Shown here piece by piece: positions 41,267 through 51,418 of a stretch of DNA of 64,000 nucleotides. A model generated the notes under the pieces. It was not told the DNA's origin. It did not search any database and worked only from the letters and a program-made list of their open reading frames with translations. Numbering within the stretch: the stretch's first letter is position 1; each line of letters starts with the position of its first letter. Origin of the DNA: Candidatus Latescibacterota bacterium (GTDB lineage Bacteria > Latescibacterota > UBA2968 > GCA-2709665); contig OZ244744.1 of assembly GCA_965219455.1 (NCBI GenBank), forward strand, positions 3,232,001-3,296,000, read 5' to 3'. Made by a program: the position numbers and the translations under genes.

Positions 41267-41376
41267 TGTAGGGGCGACCGGCCGGTCGCCCCTACAACAA
41301 CCAGAAATGGTTATATCTGATTTCACCGCGATACGCGCCAATTATGTATTTGTAGGGGCAACCCTTGTGGTTGCCC
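41267..41376. repeat. GTAG-type REP elements
   Basis: Perfect 30-bp palindrome TGTAGGGGCGACCGG/CCGGTCGCCCCTACA 41267-41296; TGTAG-GGGCAACC-CTTGT-GGTTGCCC 41351-41376. Confidence 0.8.
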
Positions 41377-41459
41377 AGATTATGGCACTGAAATCCTTGA
41401 ATTGATATCGCCGGGCCGTATCTCGAACGGGTTAAAGCTGACTGCTGAAAGCTGTTAAC

Positions 41460-42347
41460 TTATAGCTTCTTGTGAACCGCCCGGAGCACCGTGTTCAACT
41501 GGCTCGTAAGGAATGGCGATACCGTCCCAACGGCGCCGACCGACTCAAGAAGCGGGAACGTGCTCCCGTGCCACCCGCCATTTTTATCGTTCACATGTCT
41601 TCCGATGACCACCCCGGATGGGCCGATATGGCAACGGAGCCGGTCAAGGCCATCCTTGATTACGTCAACGGGGAGCGACCCCCCGGTCTTTCGGGACCAC
41701 GCCACCAGAAAGTATATCCCCCTCAGGATGTCATATTCGAAGAAGCGGGGAAAGAGCGGCTTCAACCACGCGGGGTTGATGACACGGCCGTCTATCTTTG
41801 AATAAACCAGGCGATGTTCGATGAGGTACCGCGCACCCTCATCCAGGAATTTCATTTCAGCATCAGTGTATCTTCGATTGGTGAAGAACAGAATGGCTTC
41901 CAGCGGAGGCAGCGTAGATACGATGGAGCTTTTTCCTGACTCGCGATAGGCCGCCGGCGAGCAATTCAAGCCGCCGTCCGGCAATTGGTGTCGCAAAAAC
42001 CAGTCTCGCATCCAGGGCAGTTCGGCATCCACGTCGCATCCACGCGATGCCAGTATCATGTAAAATACGCCTAACTCGCAGTGGCAACAGTCCATTTTAG
42101 CCCGGTCGGAATCGCGTCGCGGCGCATCCTCGCGTGCGATGACGAACCTGGGCCAGGCGCCATTCTTCAGCAGTTCCAGCGCCTTGACGACGGCCGATTC
42201 CGGAACACGCGCGGATTCCCCCATCTCGTACAGCGCCGCCATATGCCACCAGGGTCCGTTCCACTTCATCCGGCTCTTCCGGTCCGGTATGGGAAAGATA
42301 TCGTCGGCCTTCAGAACCTCCAATGTCAAATCGATTGCACGCGGCAT
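41460..42347 (-). CDS. Hypothetical protein (prenyltransferase/squalene-cyclase-repeat-like)
   Basis: QLPDGGLNC, YLIEHRL, FPRFFEYDILRG. Confidence 0.6.
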   Translation of the reverse strand: MPRAIDLTLEVLKADDIFPIPDRKSRMKWNGPWWHMAALYEMGESARVPESAVVKALELLKNGAWPRFVIAREDAPRRDSDRAKMDCCHCELGVFYMILASRGCDVDAELPWMRDWFLRHQLPDGGLNCSPAAYRESGKSSIVSTLPPLEAILFFTNRRYTDAEMKFLDEGARYLIEHRLVYSKIDGRVINPAWLKPLFPRFFEYDILRGIYFLVAWSRKTGGSLPVDVIKDGLDRLRCHIGPSGVVIGRHVNDKNGGWHGSTFPLLESVGAVGTVSPFLTSQLNTVLRAVHKKL

Positions 42348-42407
42348 ACCGGCTCCTGTTTCACCGCCTGGTATTCCACTCTGGTATATGACATACCCCC
42401 ATGGGCT

Positions 42408-43409
42408 CTACAATTGATCTTTGGCCATTGTCGCCACGGCGATATGCATCCCCTCGCCGTTGTCGCCACCCTCGAACAGATTGAAATTTGTCTTCAGATT
42501 GCACCCCGCGTAATACAGCCGCAACGTGTCGCCGATATCCACCACGCACGGCGTCGATACCGTCTTCCAGTCGAACCGGTTCAGATCCCGCGAGGCGGCA
42601 AACGCGGGGGTCTCGTGATTCAGCGTCCAGTTAATTCCATCTGTCGACGTATCGCAGAAGATCTCGTGGTAGACCATATTCATCGGACCGTCCTTCTTCT
42701 TCAGATGTCCGATATGCCACATGTAATACGTCCCATTGATCTTATGAACTTCCGGATAGACGCACGACTTCGTGTTGCCCGTTGCCTGAACGGAAGGGTG
42801 TTCACGCCGCGTCCATGCAATCCCATCCTCCGACGCGTATTCGTAGACGTACGCATAGGCCGTTTCCCACGAGTCATCGGGGTTGGGTCTGGCGTTGAGC
42901 CACATACGATAGCGGCCGTCTTCCTTGTGAACGCACGGCGCCCGGCATTCCCGGATCAGAGGCTCGGGCCAGAAATCCCAGCGGATTCCGTCCCTGCTGG
43001 TCGCGTAACCCAGGTCGCTCCGGATATCCTTCGCGAGGATGCCGTCGTCTCGATACTCCACGTGGGTCGTGCTCAGGAACCACATCTTGTAATGTTGCTC
43101 GTCCTCGTCGTACAGCACTCTGGGGGTATGCAGGCTCTGACCCCATGTAAGACTGTCGGCCGTCAGAATCGGATTGTCGGGGTGGAGCGTCCATGCGAGG
43201 CCGTCGTCCGATTCGGCGTATCCGATACACGTTCTGTACAGCGTCGGACGCACCTCCGAACCGGAAAACCACATCCGGTACTTACCCTCGGCGTAGATGA
43301 CACGCGGACAATAGATGTTACATTTCATCCACGGCTGCGGCGGGGGCGAATTGCTGAAAATGGGTGAATCCGGTCTCGCCCACGGTTGTGATTGTAATGG
43401 TGCCGTCAT
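42408..43409 (-). CDS. Five-bladed beta-propeller glycosidase-like protein (GH32/43/130-like)
   Basis: Repeated YRMWF...GYAESDDG..W blades; GGAGG RBS. Confidence 0.7.
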   Translation of the reverse strand: MTAPLQSQPWARPDSPIFSNSPPPQPWMKCNIYCPRVIYAEGKYRMWFSGSEVRPTLYRTCIGYAESDDGLAWTLHPDNPILTADSLTWGQSLHTPRVLYDEDEQHYKMWFLSTTHVEYRDDGILAKDIRSDLGYATSRDGIRWDFWPEPLIRECRAPCVHKEDGRYRMWLNARPNPDDSWETAYAYVYEYASEDGIAWTRREHPSVQATGNTKSCVYPEVHKINGTYYMWHIGHLKKKDGPMNMVYHEIFCDTSTDGINWTLNHETPAFAASRDLNRFDWKTVSTPCVVDIGDTLRLYYAGCNLKTNFNLFEGGDNGEGMHIAVATMAKDQL

Positions 43410-43635
43410 AGTACCTCCCAGGTTTCGCGTGGAAACTAGCGTTTCGATTCCCGAGCCGAAGCCTCGCCCCGAAACCCAACTAGAAATCCGAAACAAACAC
43501 TTCCGAAATTAGCTGCACCTGTTCCATGAATGGGTGGTCGTGCCGTGAACTTTTACCCGAATTCTGTAATCGTGTACCCTGGTGCGGATCCGGGAGTGTG
43601 TCTGCCGCTACATTGATGAGACGAATCCGGATCAG

Positions 43636-44061
43636 TCAGTCCTCGATCACACCCATACGCGCGGCGACGCCGGCCGGGCCACGCCTGCCGGCAATCACCT
43701 CTACAGGAGTGGGAATCAGCCACTCCCCTCCGGCCTTTGTCGCCCCCCTCACACGGCCATCGCGGGCAAGCTTCCGCACTCGGCGTTCCGAGACGCCCAA
43801 CCGAATGGCAGCCTGCCGGACCGTGACGTTGGCGACATCATCGGCGGGGGTCTCGGACGCCAACTCGAACTCAACGGGGCTCGGCTGCTTGAGCGTGCTG
43901 ATGTCGTGGATCAGGAACCCGATCACCTCTCCGTCGTCGCTCAGCCGCTTGAGGATGCGCTCGTCGTTGGTGGGGCTGAAGTACCCCTCCCTGAACGCCC
44001 ACAAGACCTCTAGCATGTCCCCGTCGTCGTCGTACCAGACAGACACCGTCTTACTGGCCAT
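43636..44061 (-). CDS. DUF2283 protein fused to an excisionase-type HTH (putative antitoxin)
   Basis: VWYDDDGDMLEV...GEVIGF then VTVRQAAIRLGVSERRVRKLARDGR...WLIP. Confidence 0.72.
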   Translation of the reverse strand: MASKTVSVWYDDDGDMLEVLWAFREGYFSPTNDERILKRLSDDGEVIGFLIHDISTLKQPSPVEFELASETPADDVANVTVRQAAIRLGVSERRVRKLARDGRVRGATKAGGEWLIPTPVEVIAGRRGPAGVAARMGVIED

Positions 44062-44063
44062 CT

Positions 44064-44357
44064 TCAATCTCCTTTGATTCTCCGGGCGAGATAGGCGGTG
44101 AGGATGAAGGAGTAGCTCGTCCCCCTCTTCACTACGAGGCAAATATAGCGGTTCCTGCCCCGCAGGTCCGGGTATAGCCGGTAGTAGAGCTGGACCGTCG
44201 GGCTGGACCTGGAGGACCTGACCGCATCGGGCCTGGCGAGTGTTTCTTCGATCCGGTGCATCTGAAAGGCCATTTCAGGGTGCCTTCGCAGCAGGTGCCG
44301 GAGCCGCTCGTCGGTAAGCCGAACCTCGTTTCCACGCTCATCGGTGAAACGCCGCAC
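44064..44357 (-). CDS. Putative RelE/BECR-fold toxin (PBECR2/DUF4258-like)
   Basis: VRLTDER..HL.RRHPEM, TL..PD, LYYR, FILTAY; directly upstream of the DUF2283 gene. Confidence 0.65.
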   Translation of the reverse strand: MRRFTDERGNEVRLTDERLRHLLRRHPEMAFQMHRIEETLARPDAVRSSRSSPTVQLYYRLYPDLRGRNRYICLVVKRGTSYSFILTAYLARRIKGD

Positions 44358-44490
44358 GCCGGTCTCCCATCACCAGATACCGTACCGTAAAGTATACCGA
44401 AATACGGAATAGTGCAACAAGAAACTGTTCTGCAATTGTTGTCAGGCCAGTCCAAAATAGTTTGTAATTGAGGTGCGTGCCCCCTTTTGC

Positions 44491-46689
44491 TCAGTCCTCA
44501 GGTTCAGCGAAACAATATAGCCGCCCGTCATAGTCGCCCACGCAGAACCCGTCTTCGGTCAGACACGGCGCGGCCGTGATCGGGGAGCCGAAAGGCGTAC
44601 GGCTGATGCATGCGCCGGTCCGCGCATTCAGTACGTAAAGGCAACCGTCTCCACCACAGATGAGCAGACAGTCGTTATAAATGACCGGCGCCGCAAGGAT
44701 GGATCGAACCCCGCGGCGCGCAGGAACCATGTCCATTAGATCGTTGCCCGACTGGAAGCGCCACAGCAACGCACCCGATGGGACGTCGAAACACAATGCC
44801 TCGCCGTCCGGCGTTGTCGCGTACAACCGGTCGCCCCCTATTACGAGCCCGGTGGGATACCTCGACGGAAGAACCGGACGGTGCCAGACCACGTCTCCCG
44901 AATTGACTCCCAGGACGGCCAGGTGCGCCGGGTCCCCTTCAAACCAGTGCAGACTGGGGGCGTCGCTGCCGGTGACCAGCAGTCCTCCGTCCACCGCCGG
45001 CCGAGCATAGGGATTTTCGACGCCCAGGGTGCGCTCCCAGACCACCGTCCCGTTGCGCTTGTCCAACGCCAACAACCCCCGGCGCTGAACGAGCACAATG
45101 AGCAGGTCGCCGCAGACCTGTGGGCTCGCGTAGCAGGGCCAGCCGTCGCCGCCTTCGATTTCAGCGTACCACTTTTGGGCCCCGGTATTGAGGTCGTAAG
45201 CGCCGATACCGGCCTTGCCGCCGGCGTACACCGTCTCGCCGTCAATCACCGGAGAGGCATAGATCCACCGTTCCGGAAAACCGGGCAGGTCGGCCTGCCA
45301 GCGAAGGTGACCTGAGCCCGTTTCAATGACATATAGTCTCCCGGCAACGGACACGGCCGCGCATAGATCGGTCCCATCGTTAGGAGAGTCTGACGCGGTC
45401 GTAATTGCCGCGCTGTTCTTTACAGCTGTATCCGTAGATACGCGCCATACACGCGCGCCGCTTCGAGCGTCGATACACGCGACGCCGTTTTGGGCGGGAT
45501 ATCCTTCGTCCGCCAGGCTCACGAGGATCCGGTTGCCGGAACAGACGGGTGAGGCCCGGTGCAGCCCCACGGGAAGATGATGCGTCCAGAGCTGCCGCAG
45601 GCCTCTGCCGGTCTTATCGAGCGAAATCGACTCATTATCCTCGCGTGGCGATGGGCTCGCAGTCCGTGTGAGAGACCTGAGCCTGAACGCGAAGTCCTCC
45701 TCTCGAAATTCCACGATACGATAACCCCGCGGCCGTGTATCCAGACCACCGAAACAGAGCGGCGGCGCGGTAGCGACGATAACCCCGTCCCGGGTGAACA
45801 CCTTGCTGGAGTGCCAATGCCCATGCATAGCGAGCTTTACCCGGTACCGGCGCAACGAATTCAGGAAAGGAATGGACGGTGGCTTGTGAAGGAACACGAC
45901 GATTCCACGGTCACGGGGCTGCTGCGCCAGGTCCGCCCGCAGCCATTCCTCCTTCCGCTTCCGGTCCTGCGGTGAGAAGAAATTCTCCTCGTTCGGATAG
46001 AGGACAAAATGCCAGCGCCCACGATCGAAACTGTAATATGGCGGACCGAGTACCTGTTCGTAGTTGCGCGTGAAGGTTTCACCGTCGCGCTGCTTCAGGA
46101 TCTCCTCGATCTTCGCGTATTCCCTCCTGTGTTTCAATGCGACAAGCTCGTCGACAGTCAGATCGCCAAAGCGCTCGTGATTTCCGTCGTGACCGCCGAA
46201 CATGGGCAATACCGGCGTCGAAACGGAATTGATGGCGTGGCGAAACTGTTCGAGTTCCTCCAGCGTCCCCCAATCCGTCAGGTCCCCGCTCGCAACGAGC
46301 AGATCCGGCGCTGCTTCCCGTACGAGCTGTCGCAGATCCTGCGACAATAGCTTGCCGTGGGTCCGGTCTGCGTCCATCACGACATGGGTATCGCTAATGT
46401 GCGCCATCGAGAAGGTTCGCTGATCCCGATCCGGCAGCGGCTTGAGTTCGAAATCCACCCCGCGTTGGTCGCCGGACCATCCGAGCGTTGACCGGTAGAA
46501 CTCCTCCCCGAGCCGGTAACCGCCGGGAACCGTCACGAAAATGAACCGATGCCCGCCCGGCGAGATCTCCAGGGCATAGCGCCCGTCGGCATCCGTCCGC
46601 ACCACGTGCTCCCCGTTGGAAACGGAGACGTTCACCAGCCTGCGGTCCGATGCCATTTCCCGAACACTGCCTTCGACCTGTATTGTCAT
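44491..46689 (-). CDS. Calcineurin-like metallophosphoesterase with PQQ-like beta-propeller
   Basis: VSVSNG, ISDTH, SGDL, GGHD, HGHWH; C-terminal W-containing PQQ_2-like repeats. Confidence 0.85.
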   Translation of the reverse strand: MTIQVEGSVREMASDRRLVNVSVSNGEHVVRTDADGRYALEISPGGHRFIFVTVPGGYRLGEEFYRSTLGWSGDQRGVDFELKPLPDRDQRTFSMAHISDTHVVMDADRTHGKLLSQDLRQLVREAAPDLLVASGDLTDWGTLEELEQFRHAINSVSTPVLPMFGGHDGNHERFGDLTVDELVALKHRREYAKIEEILKQRDGETFTRNYEQVLGPPYYSFDRGRWHFVLYPNEENFFSPQDRKRKEEWLRADLAQQPRDRGIVVFLHKPPSIPFLNSLRRYRVKLAMHGHWHSSKVFTRDGVIVATAPPLCFGGLDTRPRGYRIVEFREEDFAFRLRSLTRTASPSPREDNESISLDKTGRGLRQLWTHHLPVGLHRASPVCSGNRILVSLADEGYPAQNGVACIDARSGARVWRVSTDTAVKNSAAITTASDSPNDGTDLCAAVSVAGRLYVIETGSGHLRWQADLPGFPERWIYASPVIDGETVYAGGKAGIGAYDLNTGAQKWYAEIEGGDGWPCYASPQVCGDLLIVLVQRRGLLALDKRNGTVVWERTLGVENPYARPAVDGGLLVTGSDAPSLHWFEGDPAHLAVLGVNSGDVVWHRPVLPSRYPTGLVIGGDRLYATTPDGEALCFDVPSGALLWRFQSGNDLMDMVPARRGVRSILAAPVIYNDCLLICGGDGCLYVLNARTGACISRTPFGSPITAAPCLTEDGFCVGDYDGRLYCFAEPED

Positions 46690-46862
46690 TAATCAACCCG
46701 CCTGAAATCCTGCGTGAGGAACAAGAAACGAGCCCGTTCCCAGTTGCGAAAAGGGGCCGTCACAATAGAACCGATTCTGCGAATCGACCGATCATCATCG
46801 GTATGGCGTTCAGGGCTCATCAGCGCCTCGGAATAGTACACAGCCCAATGGCAGTGGGTCCT

Positions 46863-47863
46863 TCAAACGTTGGCTGTTTGACGGTAGGTAGTACGAAAGT
46901 TGGTCTCCGATAGCCATTTCCGGAACGACTCGTTGTCGCTGAACTGCTTGAATAGCTCGGCGTGGTCGGACAGCAGTTCCGTCACGGCCCTTTCGAGCGC
47001 CTTGTCGTGCTCGATCCGTGCGTTCTGCCTGTCCGAGTTTTCCATCGCGTTCCGGTACGCCTTATCAGCTGCGACCTTCGCGGGCAACTCTTCGGCGATG
47101 CCCCTACCGATCTTGTCACCGTCCTTCCAATCGATATTTCCGAACAGTTCGTTGAACATCCTCAGTATGTTGCTCAGACGGTCAATCTCGGGATCGGGCT
47201 TTCCAGTTCCCACGCCGGTCGGCACGGGACCGAACTCGAACAGCTTTTCGGCGGGGCCTCGGTCGCGTTTGTACTACTCAATCGCATCCTCTACTGTCTG
47301 TTTGGTGAGGCTGTTCTTTAGTTCGAACGTGGCAACCGACAGGCCGTTGATGAACAGGCACAAATCGAGAGCAAGCCGCGTATTGTCACGGCTGTATTGC
47401 AGTTGCCGGGTGACGCTGAAGCGGTTATGCTCGTACCGAGCCCTGGCTTTTTCGTTGCCCGGCGAAGGTGCGCCGTAGAACGAGTCGATCTGGTGGCGTC
47501 CATACTTGATCCCCCTGCGCAGGACATCAATGGTGCCGCGCTTGGCTATCTCGTCCTGCAGGCGAGCCAGAAACTTGCGCCTGCCTGCCGCGGCTGCGGC
47601 GCAGGCAGGCCGCGTCGGGCTGTCCTGCCCGAGGTCCAACGCCTGTGCAACGACGGGTTGGGTCAGACCCAGAAACGTCGAAAGGTGATTCAGGTCGACA
47701 CAATATTCGCGGTCATAGTCGTGAGGATCCCAGGAAGCCACCCCGCACTATAGGTGGCGGGCCTGTCACCCGAATCGCCTGGTCGTGACCCAATGTTCGG
47801 GTCGCCGGCCAACGACCTGCAAATGAGGCTTTCAAGACCGCGTTCGGAGGTGTCGGTGGTCAA
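46863..47863 (-). pseudogene. hsdR: Type I restriction subunit R remnant (frameshift plus large internal deletion)
   Basis: TTDTSERGLE start, frameshift near 47730, DLCLFINGL.VATFELKNSLTKQTVEDA, then directly the C-terminal ELFKQFSDNESFRKWL; helicase core missing. Confidence 0.82.
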
Positions 47864-47873
47864 GAAGGAGGTC

Positions 47874-47930
47874 TCCAGTCAATTACCCGTCAATTAAACA
47901 AATACAATAAAATCAATGGGTTATAGAATT
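47874..47930. repeat. 57-bp AT-rich direct repeat, copy 1
   Basis: TCCAGTCAATTACCCGTCAATTAAACAAATACAATAAAATCAATGGGTTATAGAATT. Confidence 0.9.
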
Positions 47931-48121
47931 TCAACGGCTGTCGGGTGTTCCCTGATCAATTGGCCGTCTATTGCGCTTCTGTGGCGTAACTTACTGAAAA
48001 AGAATAATATGTTGGCCCATTCAACCTTTTTTGGGATCGTTCGATCATTTATCCATCAATTGATACAATTCCGGGCGGTTTCCGAGACGTCGGGCCGTCG
48101 CTCAATCCCGGCCAATCGAGG

Positions 48122-49588
48122 TCAGGCCCAGTATGGGACGTATTTCATCATTCTTCGGGAGGCATTCTCGTCATACGGCTTGATCATGCCGGCGTCCATG
48201 GCCTCGCGAATGCGGCGAGACGCGACAGCCTTGTTGTTTGGCTTGATGCCGAACCTTTCTCGAAGTGATGCATTGGTCAGGAAATCTCGCATTACATACT
48301 TGAGGCATGCATGCAGGTAGCAGGCTCTCACACGCTCCTCTCCGTCCATGTCAGCCAGGGTCTTGTGGGCAAAGAGGACCGCACGAGTAGAACCGGGTGG
48401 AACCTCGAAAAGCGGCGCCGGCAAATGGTATGACTCAATTTCAAGGACAACCTTGTCGATCCCGCTGCCCCGTTCCTCGCAGATGCGAACCTGGCGCATC
48501 AGTGAGGCCAGGGTCTCGTTGCGGGACTTTGGAGGTGTGTCCAGGAAACGTTGCGTATCCACGAGGGGCTCGCCGGGATTCGTAATCTCTATGCGATCAT
48601 CGAAGATCTCTACCATCGGTCCCGCACCGGTGACGAGAAAGTCCTGATGGATGAGCGCGTTGGCAACGAGTTCTCGAATGGCCAGGTCGGGGAACATCGG
48701 CAACGTCCTTCGCAAGGCCTGTTGGATTACTTCGTTCGAGGGCACGAGCGCCATGATGTAGTCGATAATTCCTTTGAATCCAACCGCATAGCCGCGAACG
48801 CCTTCCTGCTCTCTCAATGTGTCTATCCGGCCCTTACCCCGGTACTGTATGACGCGCATGGCTTTGCGCTTCAGATTCGGGAAGTCGCCGAGGTCCCTGG
48901 CGAAAAGAATGGCGCCCACGTTCGTTATGTCGAAGCCGCCCGCTTCGCCGGGGGCGATGAGTCGGTCACGCTGCAATGCATAAAGGATCGCTTCACGACC
49001 ATCGGGAAGCGGCAATTCAAGCAAGTCGAAGTACGACGGGTAGTCGATCATTGACAGAACATCACTGTCACTTACTCGTTCGGTGGCGATGCCATCTTCG
49101 AAGCGCACCCGGTCGAAAACGCGCCAGAGTGCTCGTTCCTTTTCCTGATAGTCTTTGAGTTTTCTCTTTGTGCTGCCAATACGGATAAACTCGACGCCCG
49201 CGAAGGCGACTGGGTGCCGGGAGGTATGATCAATCTCCATGATTACGACCCGCTTCCCGTCGATCGTTACTTCGTGGAAACGGAAGTCTATGCGTGGCTT
49301 CAATAACCGGAGTAACCAAGTCTCCAGCGGTTCGTTGCCCTTCTTCGCAACAGCGGGAGAAAAGTCTGTGCCAACAATGTCGTGAGTTTCATTTTCCACG
49401 CCCCACATAATATATGCGTGTACCTTGTCGTGCAGGGCTGCCGCGTTGGATAACGCTGAGACGTACTGCCCGATGGTCTGCGGCTTGCGGTGATTGACCT
49501 TGAATTCGACCCATTCGGTCTCATGTGGCAGGTTGTGCAACTCCCGTACCAGGCCGACAAGGTAGTCATGGTTTCTATTGGTTGCCAT
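48122..49588 (-). CDS. Schlafen/AlbA_2 domain plus HATPase_c_4 protein
   Basis: ETEWVEFK, SALSN, MWGVEN; AIRELVANALIHQDF, IEITNPG, RN..LA, CEERGSGIDK. Confidence 0.88.
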   Translation of the reverse strand: MATNRNHDYLVGLVRELHNLPHETEWVEFKVNHRKPQTIGQYVSALSNAAALHDKVHAYIMWGVENETHDIVGTDFSPAVAKKGNEPLETWLLRLLKPRIDFRFHEVTIDGKRVVIMEIDHTSRHPVAFAGVEFIRIGSTKRKLKDYQEKERALWRVFDRVRFEDGIATERVSDSDVLSMIDYPSYFDLLELPLPDGREAILYALQRDRLIAPGEAGGFDITNVGAILFARDLGDFPNLKRKAMRVIQYRGKGRIDTLREQEGVRGYAVGFKGIIDYIMALVPSNEVIQQALRRTLPMFPDLAIRELVANALIHQDFLVTGAGPMVEIFDDRIEITNPGEPLVDTQRFLDTPPKSRNETLASLMRQVRICEERGSGIDKVVLEIESYHLPAPLFEVPPGSTRAVLFAHKTLADMDGEERVRACYLHACLKYVMRDFLTNASLRERFGIKPNNKAVASRRIREAMDAGMIKPYDENASRRMMKYVPYWA

Positions 49589-49599
49589 GTTATGACCTC

Positions 49600-49774
49600 T
49601 TACGTCGTGTCGAAGCCATTTACGATCTTCGCCTCACCGTCGGTCACGGCTTCCGCAGGACGCAGGACTCCAGCTGATCGGTCTCCTGTGGCAGATTAGC
49701 CACCGCCTCGCTCACGTGTGTATCTTTCTGGTAAACACATCCGAGGTGAATAGCGCGTGGACGCCAGTAGTCAT
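49600..49774 (-). pseudogene. Degenerate C-terminal remnant of a type I specificity subunit
   Basis: SDVFTRKIH/..EAVANLPQE resembles the HsdS tail DVVTGKLDVREAAA.LP; frameshifted. Confidence 0.35.
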
Positions 49775-49782
49775 GAGGCGTT

Positions 49783-49839
49783 TCCAGTCAATTACCCGTC
49801 AATTAAACAAATGCAATAAAATCAATGGGTTATAGAATT
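49783..49839. repeat. 57-bp AT-rich direct repeat, copy 2
   Basis: Identical to 47874-47930 except one A/G difference. Confidence 0.9.
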
Positions 49840-50225
49840 AGGGTGTCGTTCCGACGATTCTCGATCAATTAGCGGCCAATGGAAATTCAGGCTCCGGCGC
49901 CTGACAACCTCCGAGATCGGGCCGCATGTCAGGTGGCGCGGCAATCGCGGTTGGACTACAACGAGCGCGTTTCTCATCGTCCCCGGAGGATCTACCCACC
50001 GAACACATGAATTAAGACTTTTTTTACTTGCAGATTTATGCTTTGTCAAGAAAAAATGTAGTAATAAAGCACAAAAAAACAGATACTTATAAAATTATTT
50101 ATGCCGAACTTGTGCCAAGTTTATGCTTTTGGGTCTATTTCTCGTTTTCTGGCACAATTCCACAAGAAGCTCTGCCGACATACCGGCAAGCCGCCCTCGC
50201 AACTGCGACATTTCGACCGCGTCCA

Positions 50226-50599
50226 TCAAAATTGGGATACTCGCTGGAACCAACTCACAAGAGTGTCTTTGAATCTCAGAAGCGATTCATCCTCACATCG
50301 TCGCAGAGATACCTTTTCTGCAATTTGCTGGTACAGGGATGAACTGCGGGGTATCGGGCCTCTATCGCCAATTCAAACCTGTCGCCCTGTCGACGAAAAA
50401 GAAGCTCTTGCGGATTCGGAGTACCCTCTGGCAGCGCAAAGTCCAGCCCCTTCGATACCAGGTCTCTCAGAAAGCCGATAACGTCCAGAAAAGTCGTTTT
50501 GCCCGACGCATTCGGGCCGACCAGGACGTGAAACGGGTTCAGTGGTCTCTGCACGTACTTTAAACAGCGGTAATTCAGCGCTTCAATCAGCGTGATCAT
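50226..50599 (-). pseudogene. AAA ATPase N-terminus joined by deletion to the C-terminus of its partner gene (MAD3/MAD4-like)
   Basis: MITLIEALNYRCL...GPNASGKTTFLD ends at ELAIEAR; another frame continues IPRSSSLYQQIAEKVSLRRCEDESLLRFKDTLVSWF. Confidence 0.55.
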
Positions 50600-50771
50600 C
50601 AACTAACTCCGTATTGGAGAATTTATCAATCGAGTCGAGCGTTTCCGAACCATTTGGCAGACCGGATTGCTCAAGACTTCCTTCACTTAAATGAGTGATC
50701 ATTTACCCTATCCCGTTCATTACACACGAACTACCAATTCGCCGTAAGAGTATTGTGAATTCCCACATCCA

Positions 50772-50996
50772 TCACGATTGCCGCCGAATTCTTACGCTAA
50801 GTAGTCGATTTATGTCCGGAGTATCCATCCGGAATGCAATATCGCTGACATCTCCTATATTCAGAGTAATCGCGTCACTTCCGAGTGTGCCCGTATCTAT
50901 AGCGAAACGGAATTCTTTCTGATATTCGTATTGCCTGGGTTTGCTGAATATAGAGTCCAAATTCGATTCAGGGGGCGAGGTGCCGACTTCAGTCAA
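50772..50996 (-). pseudogene. C-terminal fragment of a hypothetical protein
   Basis: IFSKPRQYEYQKEFRFAI...LNIGDVSDIA; no credible N-terminus. Confidence 0.4.
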
Positions 50997-51023
50997 GACA
51001 CGTTCGGAGGAAGGATTTTTTCA

Positions 51024-51250
51024 TTACCATTGGATCCAGATTCGTCGTTTGTAGTTGGCGCATATGAATCTGCGGTTTCGCGCCTGGCCGGTAAATTCGT
51101 GCAAGATGTCGAAGCCAGTCAATCGGTTGACGAGATTGTTGGCTGCCGTGTACGTCCTCCCGGTCAACTCCTGAATGTCGCCGAGCGAAAACATCGGGCG
51201 TTCGTGGAGACATTCCAAGACTCGACGTCCGTTGCTCGGCAGATCGAACC
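51024..51250 (-). pseudogene. Fic-family C-terminal wHTH fragment
   Basis: RVLECLHERP...TAANNLVNRL...ILHEFTGQARNRRF. Confidence 0.55.
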
Positions 51251-51418
51251 ATCCGTCCGATGCGTAAAGCAGCCCCATCGTATAAGCGTTTATCCGACCT
51301 ATAGTAAAGGCTACGTTCACTATAGCGCATGACCGCGGCCTTATTGTAGGCTGGGTTTAATATGGGAAACAACCGTTTTCATGTAAAGCCCTACGTTCAA
51401 TAAGGGTACCACTTAGCG

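Noticed and set aside
43420-43500. GTTTCG/GAAAC short inverted motifs
   Set aside because: Too short and irregular to support a repeat element.
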